The notes below the pieces were generated by a model. That model did no database searches, had not been told where the DNA came from, and saw only the letters and a list, made by a program, of their open reading frames with translations. From contig CAXMSN010000104.1 in the NCBI GenBank assembly GCA_964196275.1, positions 1 through 63,904 of the forward strand: 63,904 nt of DNA, in the 5' to 3' direction. The DNA is from an uncultured Kiloniellales bacterium (GTDB lineage Bacteria > Actinomycetota > Acidimicrobiia > Spongiisociales > UBA5794). Below, in pieces: positions 29,432 through 40,200 of the stretch. Each line of letters begins with the position of its first letter. Within the stretch, counting starts at the first letter, position 1. The translations under genes were made by a program, and so were the position numbers.

Positions 29432-30310
29432 CTATCGAATTCGACGTTCTCTCCCGATTCGGTCACGCCACGAGCGGATCGCTTCGCCTATCTGGTGCGG
29501 CGAGTCTTCCTGGATGAAGTGAATCCCCGCGACCGTCACTTCCTCCTGGTTGCTCCATGTTCGACAGAAGTCCCGCTGGCTCCCGGTGAGAATGAATCCG
29601 GGGTCCGCATTGATGAAGAGCTTCGGGATGTCGGTCGCGGACAGCCACCGCGAGTAGGAGTCAACGATTTCGTGCACATCTGACGGCTCGCCACCGAATG
29701 GGAGCTGACGCGGCCACGTCAATGTCGGCCGGCGCGACTCTCCTTGTTCGATGTAGGGGGCCTCGTAGACCGCCATCTCATCTTCAGACAGCTCACGAAT
29801 GATGGCCGACGGCAGTAGGCGTTCCACGAATACGTTCTTGTCGATGACGATGACCTCACCCGCTTCGGTCCGCATCGACTCGAAGAGTGAGCGAGAGCTC
29901 TCCGGCCAGTCCGCCAAACTCAACGGCCTGACGATCGCCTCCATGTAGGCGATTCCGAGCACTCGATCACGGTGCCTGTTCGCCCAATCGAATCCGAGCC
30001 CCGCTCCCCAGTCATGCACGACCAGCGTGACAGAATCTCCGAGATCAAGTGACTCCAGGAGCGGATCGAGATAGGAGCGATGTTCGACCAGCGAGTAGGA
30101 AGTGGAGTCGCTGTGTTCAAGCTTGTCCGAATCGCCCATGCCGATGAGATCGGGGGCGATGCATCGATAGCCATCCTGAAGATGGGGAAGGATGTTCCTC
30201 CATAGATACGACGATGTCGGGTTCCCGTGCAGGAACACGACTGGCTCACCCTCGCCAACATCCACGTACGCCATCGAGCGACCGTTGACTGTCAGGAACT
30301 GTCTGTCCAT
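29432..30310 (-). CDS. dhaA: Haloalkane dehalogenase
   Basis: FLHGNPTSSYLWRN, VHDWG nucleophile, YMEA, GIHFIQED. Confidence 0.9.
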   Translation of the reverse strand: MDRQFLTVNGRSMAYVDVGEGEPVVFLHGNPTSSYLWRNILPHLQDGYRCIAPDLIGMGDSDKLEHSDSTSYSLVEHRSYLDPLLESLDLGDSVTLVVHDWGAGLGFDWANRHRDRVLGIAYMEAIVRPLSLADWPESSRSLFESMRTEAGEVIVIDKNVFVERLLPSAIIRELSEDEMAVYEAPYIEQGESRRPTLTWPRQLPFGGEPSDVHEIVDSYSRWLSATDIPKLFINADPGFILTGSQRDFCRTWSNQEEVTVAGIHFIQEDSPHQIGEAIRSWRDRIGRERRIR

Positions 30311-30384
30311 ATCTCATCTCTCGTTATCACCGACCCTACAGCTGTGGCGTACTCCCCATTACCGAGGCATGCAAGACTGCGCAC

Positions 30385-31074
30385 ATGTCGGTCATCCACG
30401 TTCAAGGCCTCGAAGGCGCAGCGAACGCTGCCGGAGTCGCTGTGGTAATTGACACCTTTCGGGCGTTCACCACCGCCGCATACGCACAGGCCCAAGGTGT
30501 GGGCACGCACTATCTGGTGAGCACCGTGGAGGAGGCTCGCGAGATCGCTGAACGGCACCGCGGAGCGCTGCTTTGCGGTGAGGTCGACGGGGTTCGGCCG
30601 GACGGCTTCGACCTCGGCAACTCACCAGCCGAAGTGCTTGAGACCGACGTCGAGGGTCGCGTGCTCGTCCAGCGGACATCGGGCGGCACGCGATGCGTCC
30701 GAACTGCCCTCTCTTCGGGGTCGGTCGCCGTTTACGCGGCCAGCCTCGTGGTGGCGACGGCCACGGCATCCGCCGTCGGGGCTGAACCCACCGTCACGAT
30801 CATCGCAAGCGGCCGAAATGGCGCTGTTCCCGCGTTCGAGGACGATGCAACGGCCATGTTGATCAACGATCTGATCGACGGACACGGCGATCCACACCGC
30901 GTTGCGACACGAGTGAGGGACTGTGATTCGGCAAGCAGGCTCGCAGAATCAACGTGGGCACATCCTGATGACGTGCTTCTTGCAACCGATGTCGACAGAT
31001 TCGACTTCGCGATGAGGTGCAACCTCATCGCAGACGGAAGCGCAGAATTACAGGCGGTCGGCGTATCGACGTAG
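30385..31074 (+). CDS. comB: 2-phosphosulfolactate phosphatase family protein
   Basis: VVIDTFRAFTT, GEVDG, DLGNSP, TSGGT. Confidence 0.82.
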   Translation: MSVIHVQGLEGAANAAGVAVVIDTFRAFTTAAYAQAQGVGTHYLVSTVEEAREIAERHRGALLCGEVDGVRPDGFDLGNSPAEVLETDVEGRVLVQRTSGGTRCVRTALSSGSVAVYAASLVVATATASAVGAEPTVTIIASGRNGAVPAFEDDATAMLINDLIDGHGDPHRVATRVRDCDSASRLAESTWAHPDDVLLATDVDRFDFAMRCNLIADGSAELQAVGVST

Positions 31075-31115
31075 GTCCTACGGGCCATGCGCAGAAATGT
31101 CTAGGCTGCGGGCAC

Positions 31116-31361
31116 ATGAGCGACCAGGCGCCTCAACTGGGCTACGACGCGACGGAATCACCACCTCCAGCCGACACATACAGCGCGACCCGAGTCTTCG
31201 CCAGCAACCCGCTGCGACGAACCCGCTATCAGCGTCGGAGCGGGTCCTTGCCACACCTTGAGGACCAACCGGATGTCGGCATGTCCAGAAGTGACCTTCC
31301 CTCGCCCGTCGTCTCGCCCTTGCGACCGCTCGAACGACTGCGCGACCTGATCAGCAACTGA
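31116..31361 (+). CDS. Possible small hypothetical protein (81 aa)
   Basis: MSDQAPQLGY...; TAGGCT 8 nt upstream; no recognisable motif. Confidence 0.3.
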   Translation: MSDQAPQLGYDATESPPPADTYSATRVFASNPLRRTRYQRRSGSLPHLEDQPDVGMSRSDLPSPVVSPLRPLERLRDLISN

Positions 31362-31444
31362 TCCGCCGCAGACTCACGTTTCGACTCCCGATGAGCCGTT
31401 CGCTATGCCTCAAGCGGTGATGAATCTCAGCCGATACACCCCGC

Positions 31445-31612
31445 ATGAGTATCTTCAATCGCGGGTCTTCGACGAAACGCTCCGAGCGTGCACACAACGA
31501 GCACGTCAGCGAACGTATGCGCGTGGTGCTCAACAAGGAAGTTGACCGCGAGGATGCTGAGACGGTCGAGAACCGCATCCGCAATTTGAACTACGGCTCG
31601 TCGCGAAAGTAG
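31445..31612 (+). CDS. Possible small hypothetical protein (55 aa), not in ORF track
   Basis: MSIFNRGSSTKRSERAHNEHVSERMRVVLNKEVDREDAETVENRIRNLNYGSSRK*; ends 3 nt from convergent DoxX stop. Confidence 0.45.
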   Translation: MSIFNRGSSTKRSERAHNEHVSERMRVVLNKEVDREDAETVENRIRNLNYGSSRK

Positions 31613-31615
31613 CCG

Positions 31616-32140
31616 TCAGTCGGCTGCGACCACGGAACCCGGCCGGTAGAAGATCAGTGTTTGGCCTATGCCTGCGGCTATGCCCGCGACGGCCAGTCCG
31701 ATACCCACCCATTCGTCGAGAAGCAACGTAAGCGTCGTACCGTCGAACTCGATTGCAGCATCGATCGCCCAGTCGCCTGCACCGATCGCGGCCAGCGCAA
31801 GGCCAGCGACGGCGATCGTCAGGACGTACTCGTACCCCTCGTCCGGCCGTGCAGTAATCCAGAAACCGGCCATCCGATGGACCGAGATGAACGCGACGGT
31901 CATGATCGCCACGGTTCCCATCACCGCAAGCGACGTTCCAAGACCGACGATCAACAGGACTCCAACACCGATCTCTGTCGCTGTCGAGAAGAACCATTGG
32001 AGTTGCGGGGCCTTGAACCCGATCGAGCCGAACCATCTACTGGTCTTCTCCCTGCCCCGAAGATGCTTCACCCCATGGGCGAGCATCACGATGCCGAGAA
32101 CCAGTCGTAGTCCGAGTGCGGCTGTGTCGATAGCTTCCAT
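31616..32140 (-). CDS. DoxX family membrane protein
   Basis: LRLVLGIVMLAHG, EIGVG, EGYEYVL, GAGDWAID. Confidence 0.88.
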   Translation of the reverse strand: MEAIDTAALGLRLVLGIVMLAHGVKHLRGREKTSRWFGSIGFKAPQLQWFFSTATEIGVGVLLIVGLGTSLAVMGTVAIMTVAFISVHRMAGFWITARPDEGYEYVLTIAVAGLALAAIGAGDWAIDAAIEFDGTTLTLLLDEWVGIGLAVAGIAAGIGQTLIFYRPGSVVAAD

Positions 32141-32329
32141 CGCAACCTCCTGTGTTCCGCAACGCACCGCAGCCACACATCATTCCGCCGGAGCTCTGGC
32201 CCCAGTAGATGAAGGCACGACATGCGAGCTGCTCAACCGTCCTGCCAGCCTCGATGATCTACGCAGACAAGTTCAGCTACTACTACCCGGAGGGCCGAAT
32301 CTGGGGCCCCGAAAGCTGAGCGTCGCTGC

Positions 32330-32809
32330 TCAGTCGTTCGACGATCGGCGCCGCTCGACCTCGGTCTTCAACTCCTGATTGAAGCCCACGTACATGTTCC
32401 TCATGGTGCGTGACGTGAGCCAGCCGATGACGCTCGCTGCGCCACCGTTCGCCTGATCGGTCTGGTGGAAGCGCGTCGTTTCCTCGTCAATCGTTTCGAC
32501 CCGGTAGACGTGATGGTCCGTCATGCCGAGGAGGAAGGGGTCGGACCATCCGAACTGCTCGCCGTCGATGAAGTCGATGAGGTTGTGTTCGTAGTGTTGC
32601 GTCATCCCGAAGACCTTGAACGCGACCTCTACATCGCCTCCGACGCTGAAGTCACCAACAAGGCTGACGAAAGACGAACTCCATGCCGCAAGATTCTCCC
32701 AGTCGGTGAGTGTCGCCCATACTTCCTCGACCGGAGCCTCGATGTCGATGTGCGTGACGATGCGGAACTCGTTGAACGAGACCTTCTCCACGTTCCCAGA
32801 TTCACTCAT
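32330..32809 (-). CDS. SRPBCC/polyketide cyclase family protein
   Basis: HIDIEAPVEEVWATLTD, FNQELKTEVE. Confidence 0.8.
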   Translation of the reverse strand: MSESGNVEKVSFNEFRIVTHIDIEAPVEEVWATLTDWENLAAWSSSFVSLVGDFSVGGDVEVAFKVFGMTQHYEHNLIDFIDGEQFGWSDPFLLGMTDHHVYRVETIDEETTRFHQTDQANGGAASVIGWLTSRTMRNMYVGFNQELKTEVERRRSSND

Positions 32810-32877
32810 CGCTGACTTCACCCATCCGTTCCGGCGTCCTGAAGCCCATTATGCGGTCCCACGGGACGCCAGAGTGG

Positions 32878-33447
32878 TCAGGTCAGGCCTGACATGGCGA
32901 ATAGGTGGAGTTGCTGCACGAGATCGGCACGTGAAAGTGCTCCATCGGGGTGGTACCAGCGTTGCGTTGCGTTGAGCATGGACAGGACGAAGATGCCCGA
33001 GATTTTCGGATCGACGTCGGACCTGAACGCACCCGAAAGGACACCAGCACGAATCGTGTCTCGGAACACGAGTTCGTACGCATCGCGCATGGTTGTCACG
33101 CGGTCGTGATCACTGAGGTCCAAGAAAGCGGCTTCGTTGAGGAACGTTCGAGATTCAGCCTCGTGGTCAACGAGAACCTCGATGTGGCCATCGATGAGCG
33201 ATCGGAGCCGCTCGGTCGACTCATCGTAGGATGACACTGCGTTGGCGGCCGAATCCTCGAACAACCTCGCCCCCCGTTCGATCACGGCCAGGAGCAACTC
33301 TTGCTTTCCACCGATGTGGGCATAGATGGACGACCCGAGGATGCCGAGATCATCACCGAGATCGCGCATCGAAGTCCCGTGGTAGCCGTGCGTTGCGAAA
33401 CGCTTGCCCGCTCCGATAACGATGTCCTCTCGCGAGAGCCTCGTCAT
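32878..33447 (-). CDS. TetR family regulator (PaaR-like)
   Basis: GYHGTSMRDLG..LG....SIYAH..GKQELL, WYHPDG; last gene of paa operon. Confidence 0.88.
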   Translation of the reverse strand: MTRLSREDIVIGAGKRFATHGYHGTSMRDLGDDLGILGSSIYAHIGGKQELLLAVIERGARLFEDSAANAVSSYDESTERLRSLIDGHIEVLVDHEAESRTFLNEAAFLDLSDHDRVTTMRDAYELVFRDTIRAGVLSGAFRSDVDPKISGIFVLSMLNATQRWYHPDGALSRADLVQQLHLFAMSGLT

Positions 33448-34508
33448 ACGTCGTAGGTCAGTTCGACCAGCTCGCTCACGGGGTGGGACTGACACGTGAG
33501 AACCTGGCCCGATGCCACCTCTTCAGCGCTCAGGCTCCAGTTCCGGTCCATGCGAACCTCGCCCTCCGTCACCTGCGCCCGGCATGATGCACAGGCGCCG
33601 CTCCGGCATGAGAAGGGTCCTTCCGGACGGATCGCGAGGACGTGATCGAGGATCGGAGCGCCGTCTGATGCGACGATCGCCGTCGACGTCCTTCCGTCGA
33701 GCGTGAACTTGACCGTTGAACCGACCACGTCGTCCTCGGCGACCTCGATCTCATCGACATCCCCGGCAAAGAACAGTTCGTCGTGAATGCGTGCAGCTGC
33801 GATGCCCCGCTCCTCGAGGGACGACCGAACAGCGTCGACCATGCCCCTGGGACCACATAAGTACCACGAATCGACGGTGTCTGGATCGACCACCGTGCCA
33901 AGCAGCTGCTCGACCTTCGACTCATCGATCCTGCCCTCGAGCAGAGGAATCGTGTGGGACTCCCTTGTCAGGATGTGGAGGAGAACGAACCGATCCGCGT
34001 ACGCCCCCTTCAGTGCATCAAGGTCGTCAAGGAACATCACCGATCGGCCGTCCCTATTTCCGTAGATCAGCGTGAACATGCTCTGCGGTTCGAATTCGAG
34101 AACCGACGCGATCATCGACATGACAGGGGTGATCCCGCTGCCTGCTGCGAACGCGACGTAGTGGTTCCGGTTGGATGCTGACGGCGCCAACGTGAACTCG
34201 CCCTTGGGAGGCGTGACCTCGAGCACGTCCCCCGCTTTGAGCACATCGTTGGCGAACGAGGAGAACGCACCTCCGGAAAGCTGCTTGATGCCGACTCGGG
34301 GTGAAGTCGTCCCTGCGGGCGAACAGATCGAGTAACTCCGCCGCACGTCCTCGCCGTCGATGGTCGCCCGCATGATCAGATGCTGCCCCGGCGTGTGCGT
34401 GTAGGCAGAGAGCAGATCGTCTGGAATTTCGAAGGTCACCGCGACGGAATCGTCCGTGAGTGGCTCAACGGAGGCGACCGTCAGTGTGTGGAACTCCGCG
34501 CCTTCCAT
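33444..34508 (-). CDS. paaE: Phenylacetyl-CoA epoxidase reductase subunit
   Basis: RRSYSIC, AGSGITP, YLCGP, CRSGACASC, LTCQ. Confidence 0.92.
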   Translation of the reverse strand: MEGAEFHTLTVASVEPLTDDSVAVTFEIPDDLLSAYTHTPGQHLIMRATIDGEDVRRSYSICSPAGTTSPRVGIKQLSGGAFSSFANDVLKAGDVLEVTPPKGEFTLAPSASNRNHYVAFAAGSGITPVMSMIASVLEFEPQSMFTLIYGNRDGRSVMFLDDLDALKGAYADRFVLLHILTRESHTIPLLEGRIDESKVEQLLGTVVDPDTVDSWYLCGPRGMVDAVRSSLEERGIAAARIHDELFFAGDVDEIEVAEDDVVGSTVKFTLDGRTSTAIVASDGAPILDHVLAIRPEGPFSCRSGACASCRAQVTEGEVRMDRNWSLSAEEVASGQVLTCQSHPVSELVELTYDV

Positions 34509-34990
34509 CAGATCGCCTTGAAGTAGTCGAACGGTTCGCTACAGGTGCTACACACCCACAGCGACTTGCATGCCGTCGATCCGAACTCCGACACCTTCGC
34601 CACACCGGTCGACGAGCATCTTGGGCACAAGATCTCCGGCACGACAGCGAGCGTCGAATCGGGAGGAGCGATGCCGAAACCTGCAAGCTTCCGCTTGGCC
34701 TCCGGCGACATCCAGTCGGTCGTCCACACGGGGAAGTGCTTCATCTCGACCGCTACATCCGCGATGCCGCGCTTGCTGAGTGCGGCGATGATGTCCTCCT
34801 CGATGACCGCCATGGCAGGACACCCGGAGTACGTGGGCGTGACGGACACGGCTACGGACCCGTCGTCGTGGACATCGACGTGCCTGAGAATGCCGATATC
34901 CGCGATCGTCAGTACGGGGATGTCGGGATCGACGACCTCTTCGAGCATCACGCGGATGTCGTCGGCCGTGACCTTCGTCGCCGTCACCAT
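34508..34990 (-). CDS. paaD: Phenylacetyl-CoA epoxidase subunit D
   Basis: TPTYSGCPA, WTTDW, CPRC, GSTACK, FDYFK. Confidence 0.92.
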   Translation of the reverse strand: MVTATKVTADDIRVMLEEVVDPDIPVLTIADIGILRHVDVHDDGSVAVSVTPTYSGCPAMAVIEEDIIAALSKRGIADVAVEMKHFPVWTTDWMSPEAKRKLAGFGIAPPDSTLAVVPEILCPRCSSTGVAKVSEFGSTACKSLWVCSTCSEPFDYFKAI

Positions 34991-35751
34991 GAGGCACCCG
35001 GATGTGCGCGCTGCATCCACTGCATCTCAGCAAGCAATGGCCCAAGGTTCTCTGTGTGCATTCCTGTTCGCCCACCGGACGCCTGATACGGATCTTCAGG
35101 CGACACGAGTGTCGCCTCCTCCAGCGTGCTGGCAACGATCGCATCGAACCGGCCCTTTCCAGCCGTGACGTCACAGATGAGGCCAGCCACCACGAGAGCG
35201 GCATCCGTGTCTGGCTGGTCGAACAACTCCTCGGTGAACCGCCACATGGCATCTATCCCACGCTGCATCCTCACATGGCTCTCTTCGGTGCCATCGCCGA
35301 GCCGAATGACCCACGAACTCGAGTGACGCAGGTGATAGGTGGCCTCCTTCAACGCCCGTGCAGCGATCCCGGAGAGGCGTTCATCGCGGGACGAACTCAG
35401 CCCCGCCCACAATTGCGTCTGGTATGCATCGAAGAAGAACCCTCTCGCTATGAGATGCGCAAAATCAGGCTGAGGCTGCTCCGCCAACAGCGCGTTGGTG
35501 AAGTCGCGCTCGTTCCGGAACATCGCGTACCAGTTGCTATCCCTGCCCGAACCTTCGATTTCGGCGGCGTAGTCGTACAGGTGCATCGCCACGCCCAGAT
35601 GGTCAAGAGCGATGTTGGCGACCGCAAGGTCTTCCTCAAGTTCCGGGGCGTACGAGATGTACTCGCCCAGGCGCTGGCCGAGGATGACGTTGTCATCGCC
35701 GTGGCGAACGAGGAAGTCGACGAGCGCAGTTCTTTCGACGGTCGTGGTCAC
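34984..35751 (-). CDS. paaC: Phenylacetyl-CoA epoxidase subunit C
   Basis: GDDNVILGQR, LEEDLA, KEATYH, GGRTGMHTE. Confidence 0.92.
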   Translation of the reverse strand: MTTTVERTALVDFLVRHGDDNVILGQRLGEYISYAPELEEDLAVANIALDHLGVAMHLYDYAAEIEGSGRDSNWYAMFRNERDFTNALLAEQPQPDFAHLIARGFFFDAYQTQLWAGLSSSRDERLSGIAARALKEATYHLRHSSSWVIRLGDGTEESHVRMQRGIDAMWRFTEELFDQPDTDAALVVAGLICDVTAGKGRFDAIVASTLEEATLVSPEDPYQASGGRTGMHTENLGPLLAEMQWMQRAHPGASW

Positions 35752-36089
35752 AGTTGACCAACTTCGTCAGGGATCTCGTAGAACGTCGGGTGGCGATATG
35801 GCTTGTCGTCGAACGATTCGAAGAGCGACTCCGGGTCGTCAGATGCGTGGATCGCTGACGACGGCACGACCCACAGGCTGATCGCCTCGCCGCGTCTCGC
35901 GTAGGCGTCCCTCGCGTTCTGGACCGCTGACTCGGAGTCGGCCGCATGCACCGAACCACAGTGCGTGTAGCTCAGCCCACGCTTCGGCCGGACGAACACC
36001 TCCCAGAGTTGCCAACCGTGGTTGGCCGTCGTCTCTGTCTTCAAATCGTCAACGGTCTCGCCGGGAGCGATCGGTACTTCGTAACTCAT
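35748..36089 (-). CDS. paaB: Phenylacetyl-CoA epoxidase subunit B
   Basis: WEVFVR, GSVHAAD, ARDAYARR, YRHPTFY. Confidence 0.92.
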   Translation of the reverse strand: MSYEVPIAPGETVDDLKTETTANHGWQLWEVFVRPKRGLSYTHCGSVHAADSESAVQNARDAYARRGEAISLWVVPSSAIHASDDPESLFESFDDKPYRHPTFYEIPDEVGQL

Positions 36090-36114
36090 GAGCTCTCCTT
36101 ACGCACGGGTCTCC

Positions 36115-37056
36115 TCAGGCGATCTTGTGGCTTCTGGCGGCTTGCTTCTCCGCATAGGCTTCGGCGGCTTCTCTCACCCAGGCTCCGTCATCCCACGCCT
36201 GGACCTTGTGTGCGATCCGCTCGCGATTCATCGGGCCGTTGCCTTTCACCGTGGCCCAGAACTCGTCCCAATCGATCGGGCCGACGTTCCAATGGCCAGA
36301 CTCCTCATCGAACGAGAGGTCTGGATCGGGGAAGGTGCAGTTGAGGTAGTGGCCCTGGGGAATGGTCTGGTCGATGTACATCTGACGGAGCTCGTCGTTG
36401 GAGATCCTCTTGACCTTCCACGCCATCGACTGTTCCGTGTGCGTCGACTCCGAATCGTGCGGTCCGAACATCATCAGTGCTGGCCCCCACCATCGGTCGA
36501 TCGCATCCTGGAGCATCGCCTTCTGCTCGTCGGTCCCATTCGAGAGCGCCATGAGGATTGCATAGCCCTGTCTGGCGTGGAAGCTCTCCTCCTTGCAGAT
36601 ACGGACCATCGCCCGGGAGTACGGGCCGTAGGAGGTGCCCTGCAGCATGATCTGGTTGACGATGGCTGCGCCATCGACCAGCCAGCCGATCACGCCGATG
36701 TCAGCCCATGACAGCGTCGGGTAGTTGAAGATCGATGAGTACTTCTGACGACCGGTGTGGAGCATGTTGACCACTTCGTCGCGCGATATCCCGAGCGTCT
36801 CCGCAGCCGAGTAGAGGTACAACCCGTGTCCGGCCTCGTCCTGGACCTTTGCGATGAGGATCGCCTTGCGCATCAGGGTCGGCGCCCTCGTGATCCAGTT
36901 GGCCTCTGGCTGCATCCCGATCACCTCGGAATGTGCGTGCTGAGCGATCTGCCTGATCAGCGTCGCTCGATAGCCGTCAGGCATCCAGTCTCTCGGCTCG
37001 ATCTTCTCATCCGCCTCGATCATCGCCTCGAAGCGCTCATTGTCGGTAATCGTCAC
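36115..37056 (-). CDS. paaA: Phenylacetyl-CoA epoxidase subunit A
   Basis: [27 protein letters not shown]. Confidence 0.95.
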   Translation of the reverse strand: MTITDNERFEAMIEADEKIEPRDWMPDGYRATLIRQIAQHAHSEVIGMQPEANWITRAPTLMRKAILIAKVQDEAGHGLYLYSAAETLGISRDEVVNMLHTGRQKYSSIFNYPTLSWADIGVIGWLVDGAAIVNQIMLQGTSYGPYSRAMVRICKEESFHARQGYAILMALSNGTDEQKAMLQDAIDRWWGPALMMFGPHDSESTHTEQSMAWKVKRISNDELRQMYIDQTIPQGHYLNCTFPDPDLSFDEESGHWNVGPIDWDEFWATVKGNGPMNRERIAHKVQAWDDGAWVREAAEAYAEKQAARSHKIA

Positions 37057-37083
37057 GCAGCCTCCCCAGGTAGCGACCCGATA

Positions 37084-37105
37084 CTAACAAACGAACGTTT
37101 GTTAG
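37084..37105. promoter_or_regulatory. PaaR-type operator, perfect 10-bp inverted repeat
   Basis: CTAACAAACG-AA-CGTTTGTTAG; core CAAACGAACGTTTG fits the CNAACGNNCGTTNG PaaR consensus as I recall it; abuts TGtTAGTAT extended -10 on minus strand. Confidence 0.72.
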
Positions 37106-37116
37106 GTGCCGCGCTC

Positions 37117-37278
37117 GTCCTCCCTTCAGGGGGGACAACAGAGCAGCGTCAGCTGCGATGTAGGGGGGCCTGCGGGCCTGAGAGCCCGGAGTGGCTGGAA
37201 GTATCGAAGTCCAGAGCCGGACCTGCAACATCCCCTAGCTCGCTGCGCTCACTCGTACCCCTTGAATAAGGGGGACGG
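37117..37278. repeat. Pair of inverted REP-like elements between gdh and paaA
   Basis: gtcctcccttcaggggggac (37117-37136); catcccctagctcgctgcgctcactcgtaccccttgaataagggggacgg (37229-37278). Confidence 0.75.
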
Positions 37279-37294
37279 AGGTGCTTTCGACCTG

Positions 37295-40200
37295 TCAGTG
37301 ACCCAGCGCTATCTGCTTGAGCCTTCTTACCGCCACCATCCCGGCCGAGATGTCTTCGACGCCGTCTCTCTCGAGCCAGTGGAACAAGCGGTCCCTTCGA
37401 GGCAGAAGACGTGGGAAGCGGGCGTAGTGGGCGTCGAGCGATCCTTCGGTCTCACCGAGCACCATCGCAACGACATGCCTTCGCATCTGTTGGAGATCGT
37501 CTCGAAGCGATTCTGCGGCCAGACGTTCGAATGTCGTCGTGCCTGGCAGGTTCCGGATCTGGCGCTCGAGCCAGTCCACCTTGAACTCGTAGCTGACACG
37601 CGTGTAGATGGCGGCGACCTCCATCACATCACGACCGTGCTGATGTGCGAGTTCGATGATGTCTGGTCCCCTACGGAGCGAGTGCTGGAAGCCGTGGCGC
37701 TTCGCGATGTCCGGAGGCACACCGTTTGCGACCATGTGGGAGGCGGATGCTTCCGCTGGTTCCCTCCAGCCCTCGGGGTCGAGGCTCGGCATCCCCTCTG
37801 ACAGCGCAGCGAAGTCCGCACGCGAGAGGTCGATCTCCTCATCGATGGTTGTGGGAGTCACCGGGCGATTCAGATACCAACGGGTCACGGTCGATACCAA
37901 GCGGTCTATGTCACGGAGCATCTCGTGGTCGATGTCTGGGCCGATGGTTCCGACGAGGCCCTCAATCGCTGCCCACCGCTCACTCGCCCCGGTTATCTCT
38001 CTCGCGACTCGGTACGCACGCATGATTCGATTGGCAGGCGACCCGGTGAGGTGGCGCATCCTCGAGTAGAAGGTCGAGCCTTGCGAGTTCAGGGCCTGAT
38101 TCGCGACGATCGTCGCGATCAGCTCCCTCCGAAGGGGATGGACCCTGATCTCATCGGCGAACCGATCCGACACAGCCGTAGGGAAGTACCCGAGCAGGTC
38201 TGCTTCGAAATGGGGGTCATCGGGCAAGTCAGAATCCAGCAGAAGGTCCGTCAATGACCGTTTGGCATAGGCGAGTAGGACCGCCAGCTCAGGCCTCGTC
38301 ATGCCGCGGCCTTCCCGACCGCGCTGATTCATCTCTTCGGCGGAGGGCAAGAACTCGATCTCCCTGTCGAGGATTCCCTCACGCTCAAGCCGGTCGATGA
38401 GGTCCGCATACAGTTCGACGGTTCGATGTGACTCTGCCGACTCCTGCGAGAGAACCTGGGCTTGAAGGAAGTTGTCGTAGAGAATCGCCTCTACGACATC
38501 GTCGACCACACTCGCGATGATCTCGTCACGCTCAGCCCGATCGATCTTCCCTGATGCCTCGACGAGTCCAAGGAGGATCTTCAAATTCACCTCACGGTCG
38601 GATGCGTGCACGCCGCCCGAGTTGTCGATGAAGTCGGCGAATACGCGCCCGCCCCCCATGTCGAACTCGATTCGACCGCGCTGGGTGACACCGAGGTTTC
38701 CGCCCTCTCCTATCACGCGAGCGCCCACGTCTCGGCCGTTGATCCTGACGGAGTCATTGGAGCGATCCTGCACGAGCTCGGACGTCTCCGCCCTCGACTT
38801 GACGTACGTGCCGATACCGCCGTTCCACAGCAGGTCGGCTGGCGCTTTGAGGATCAGCTTGATCAGCTCGCTCGGTCTCGCTGATTCGACGGGTGTACCA
38901 AGGACCTCACGCATCTCGGGTGTGAGTTCGATGCTCTTGGCTGCTCGGTCGAACACGCCGCCCCCGGCCGAGATGAGATCAGCGTTGTAGTCGAGCCATG
39001 AAGATCTGGGTAACAAACTGATGCGCATTCTCTCGTCCCAGGACGCAGCAGGGTCGGGATCCGGGTCGAAGAAGATGTTCCTGTGGTCGAAGGCTGCAAT
39101 GAGCTTCATGTGTTTGGACCGAAGCAGACCGTTCCCGAACACGTCACCTGACATGTCGCCGATCCCGACGACGGTGATCTCCTCGGCCTCTACATCGACG
39201 CCCAGGTCGAAGAAGTGCCGCCGCACAGACTCCCAGGCGCCCCGAGCGGTGATTCCAAGTGCCTTGTGGTCGTAACCGGCCGACCCTCCCGATGCGAACG
39301 CGTCGTCGAGCCAGAAGCCGTACTCGGCCGCGATCTCGTTCGCCGTATCGGAGAACGACGCGGTTCCTTTGTCGGCAGCGACCACCAGATACGGATCTGG
39401 TGCATCGTGTGCCACAACAGAGTCAGGCGTGACGATCTCGTCCCCGACACGATTGTCCGAAACGTCGAGCAGCCCTCTGATGAACAGCCGGTATGCATCT
39501 TGGACTTCCTCGTACGAAGGCCGAGGGGCGTCGGCTGGTCGGCGTAGAACGAAACCGCCCTTCGCTCCCGTCGGGACGATGACAGCGTTCTTCGTCATCT
39601 GGGCCTTCATCAGCCCGAGAACCTCAGTTCGGTAGTCCTCCCGGCGATCGGACCATCGGATGCCGCCGCGCGCAACGGCGCCGCCTCGAAGGTGGACGCC
39701 TTCGACATCTGTCGCATAGACGTAGATCTCGTGCAGAGGTTTGGGTTCTGGCATCTCAGGAACGTCTGCGGATGCGAACTTGAGCGCCAGAGAGGAACGG
39801 CCTTCGACCCTGACGTTCGTTCGTTCGGTTGCAAGCACGAGTCCGAAGAAGCCTCTCAGGATCCGATCGTCGTCGAGCGACGAGACAGCGTCAAGGCCGT
39901 GCCGGATCTGCTTGGCGATCGCCTTCTCTCGTTCTTCGCTGTGAGCCTCGTCGAACCTCGCCTCGAACAGCCTCACGAGAGCCTCGGCGATCTTGGGGTG
40001 AGCGGTAAGCGTGTCGTTGACGTAGCCGATGGAGAACGACGGAGTCACAAGGCGCCAGTAGTTCCGATAGGCCCTGAGGATCGAGAGTTCGCCGTACGCC
40101 AACTCGGTTCCGAGCAGGAGCCGATGGAGCGCATCCGACTCCGCGCCGCCGGTGAGAACGGCTTCGATCGCAGTCGCGATGCGGTCCCCCACGGTCGCGA

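Noticed and set aside
30385-31074. Coenzyme M biosynthesis
   Set aside because: Only a ComB-family gene; no comA/C/D/E in the window, and orphan comB homologs are common in bacteria
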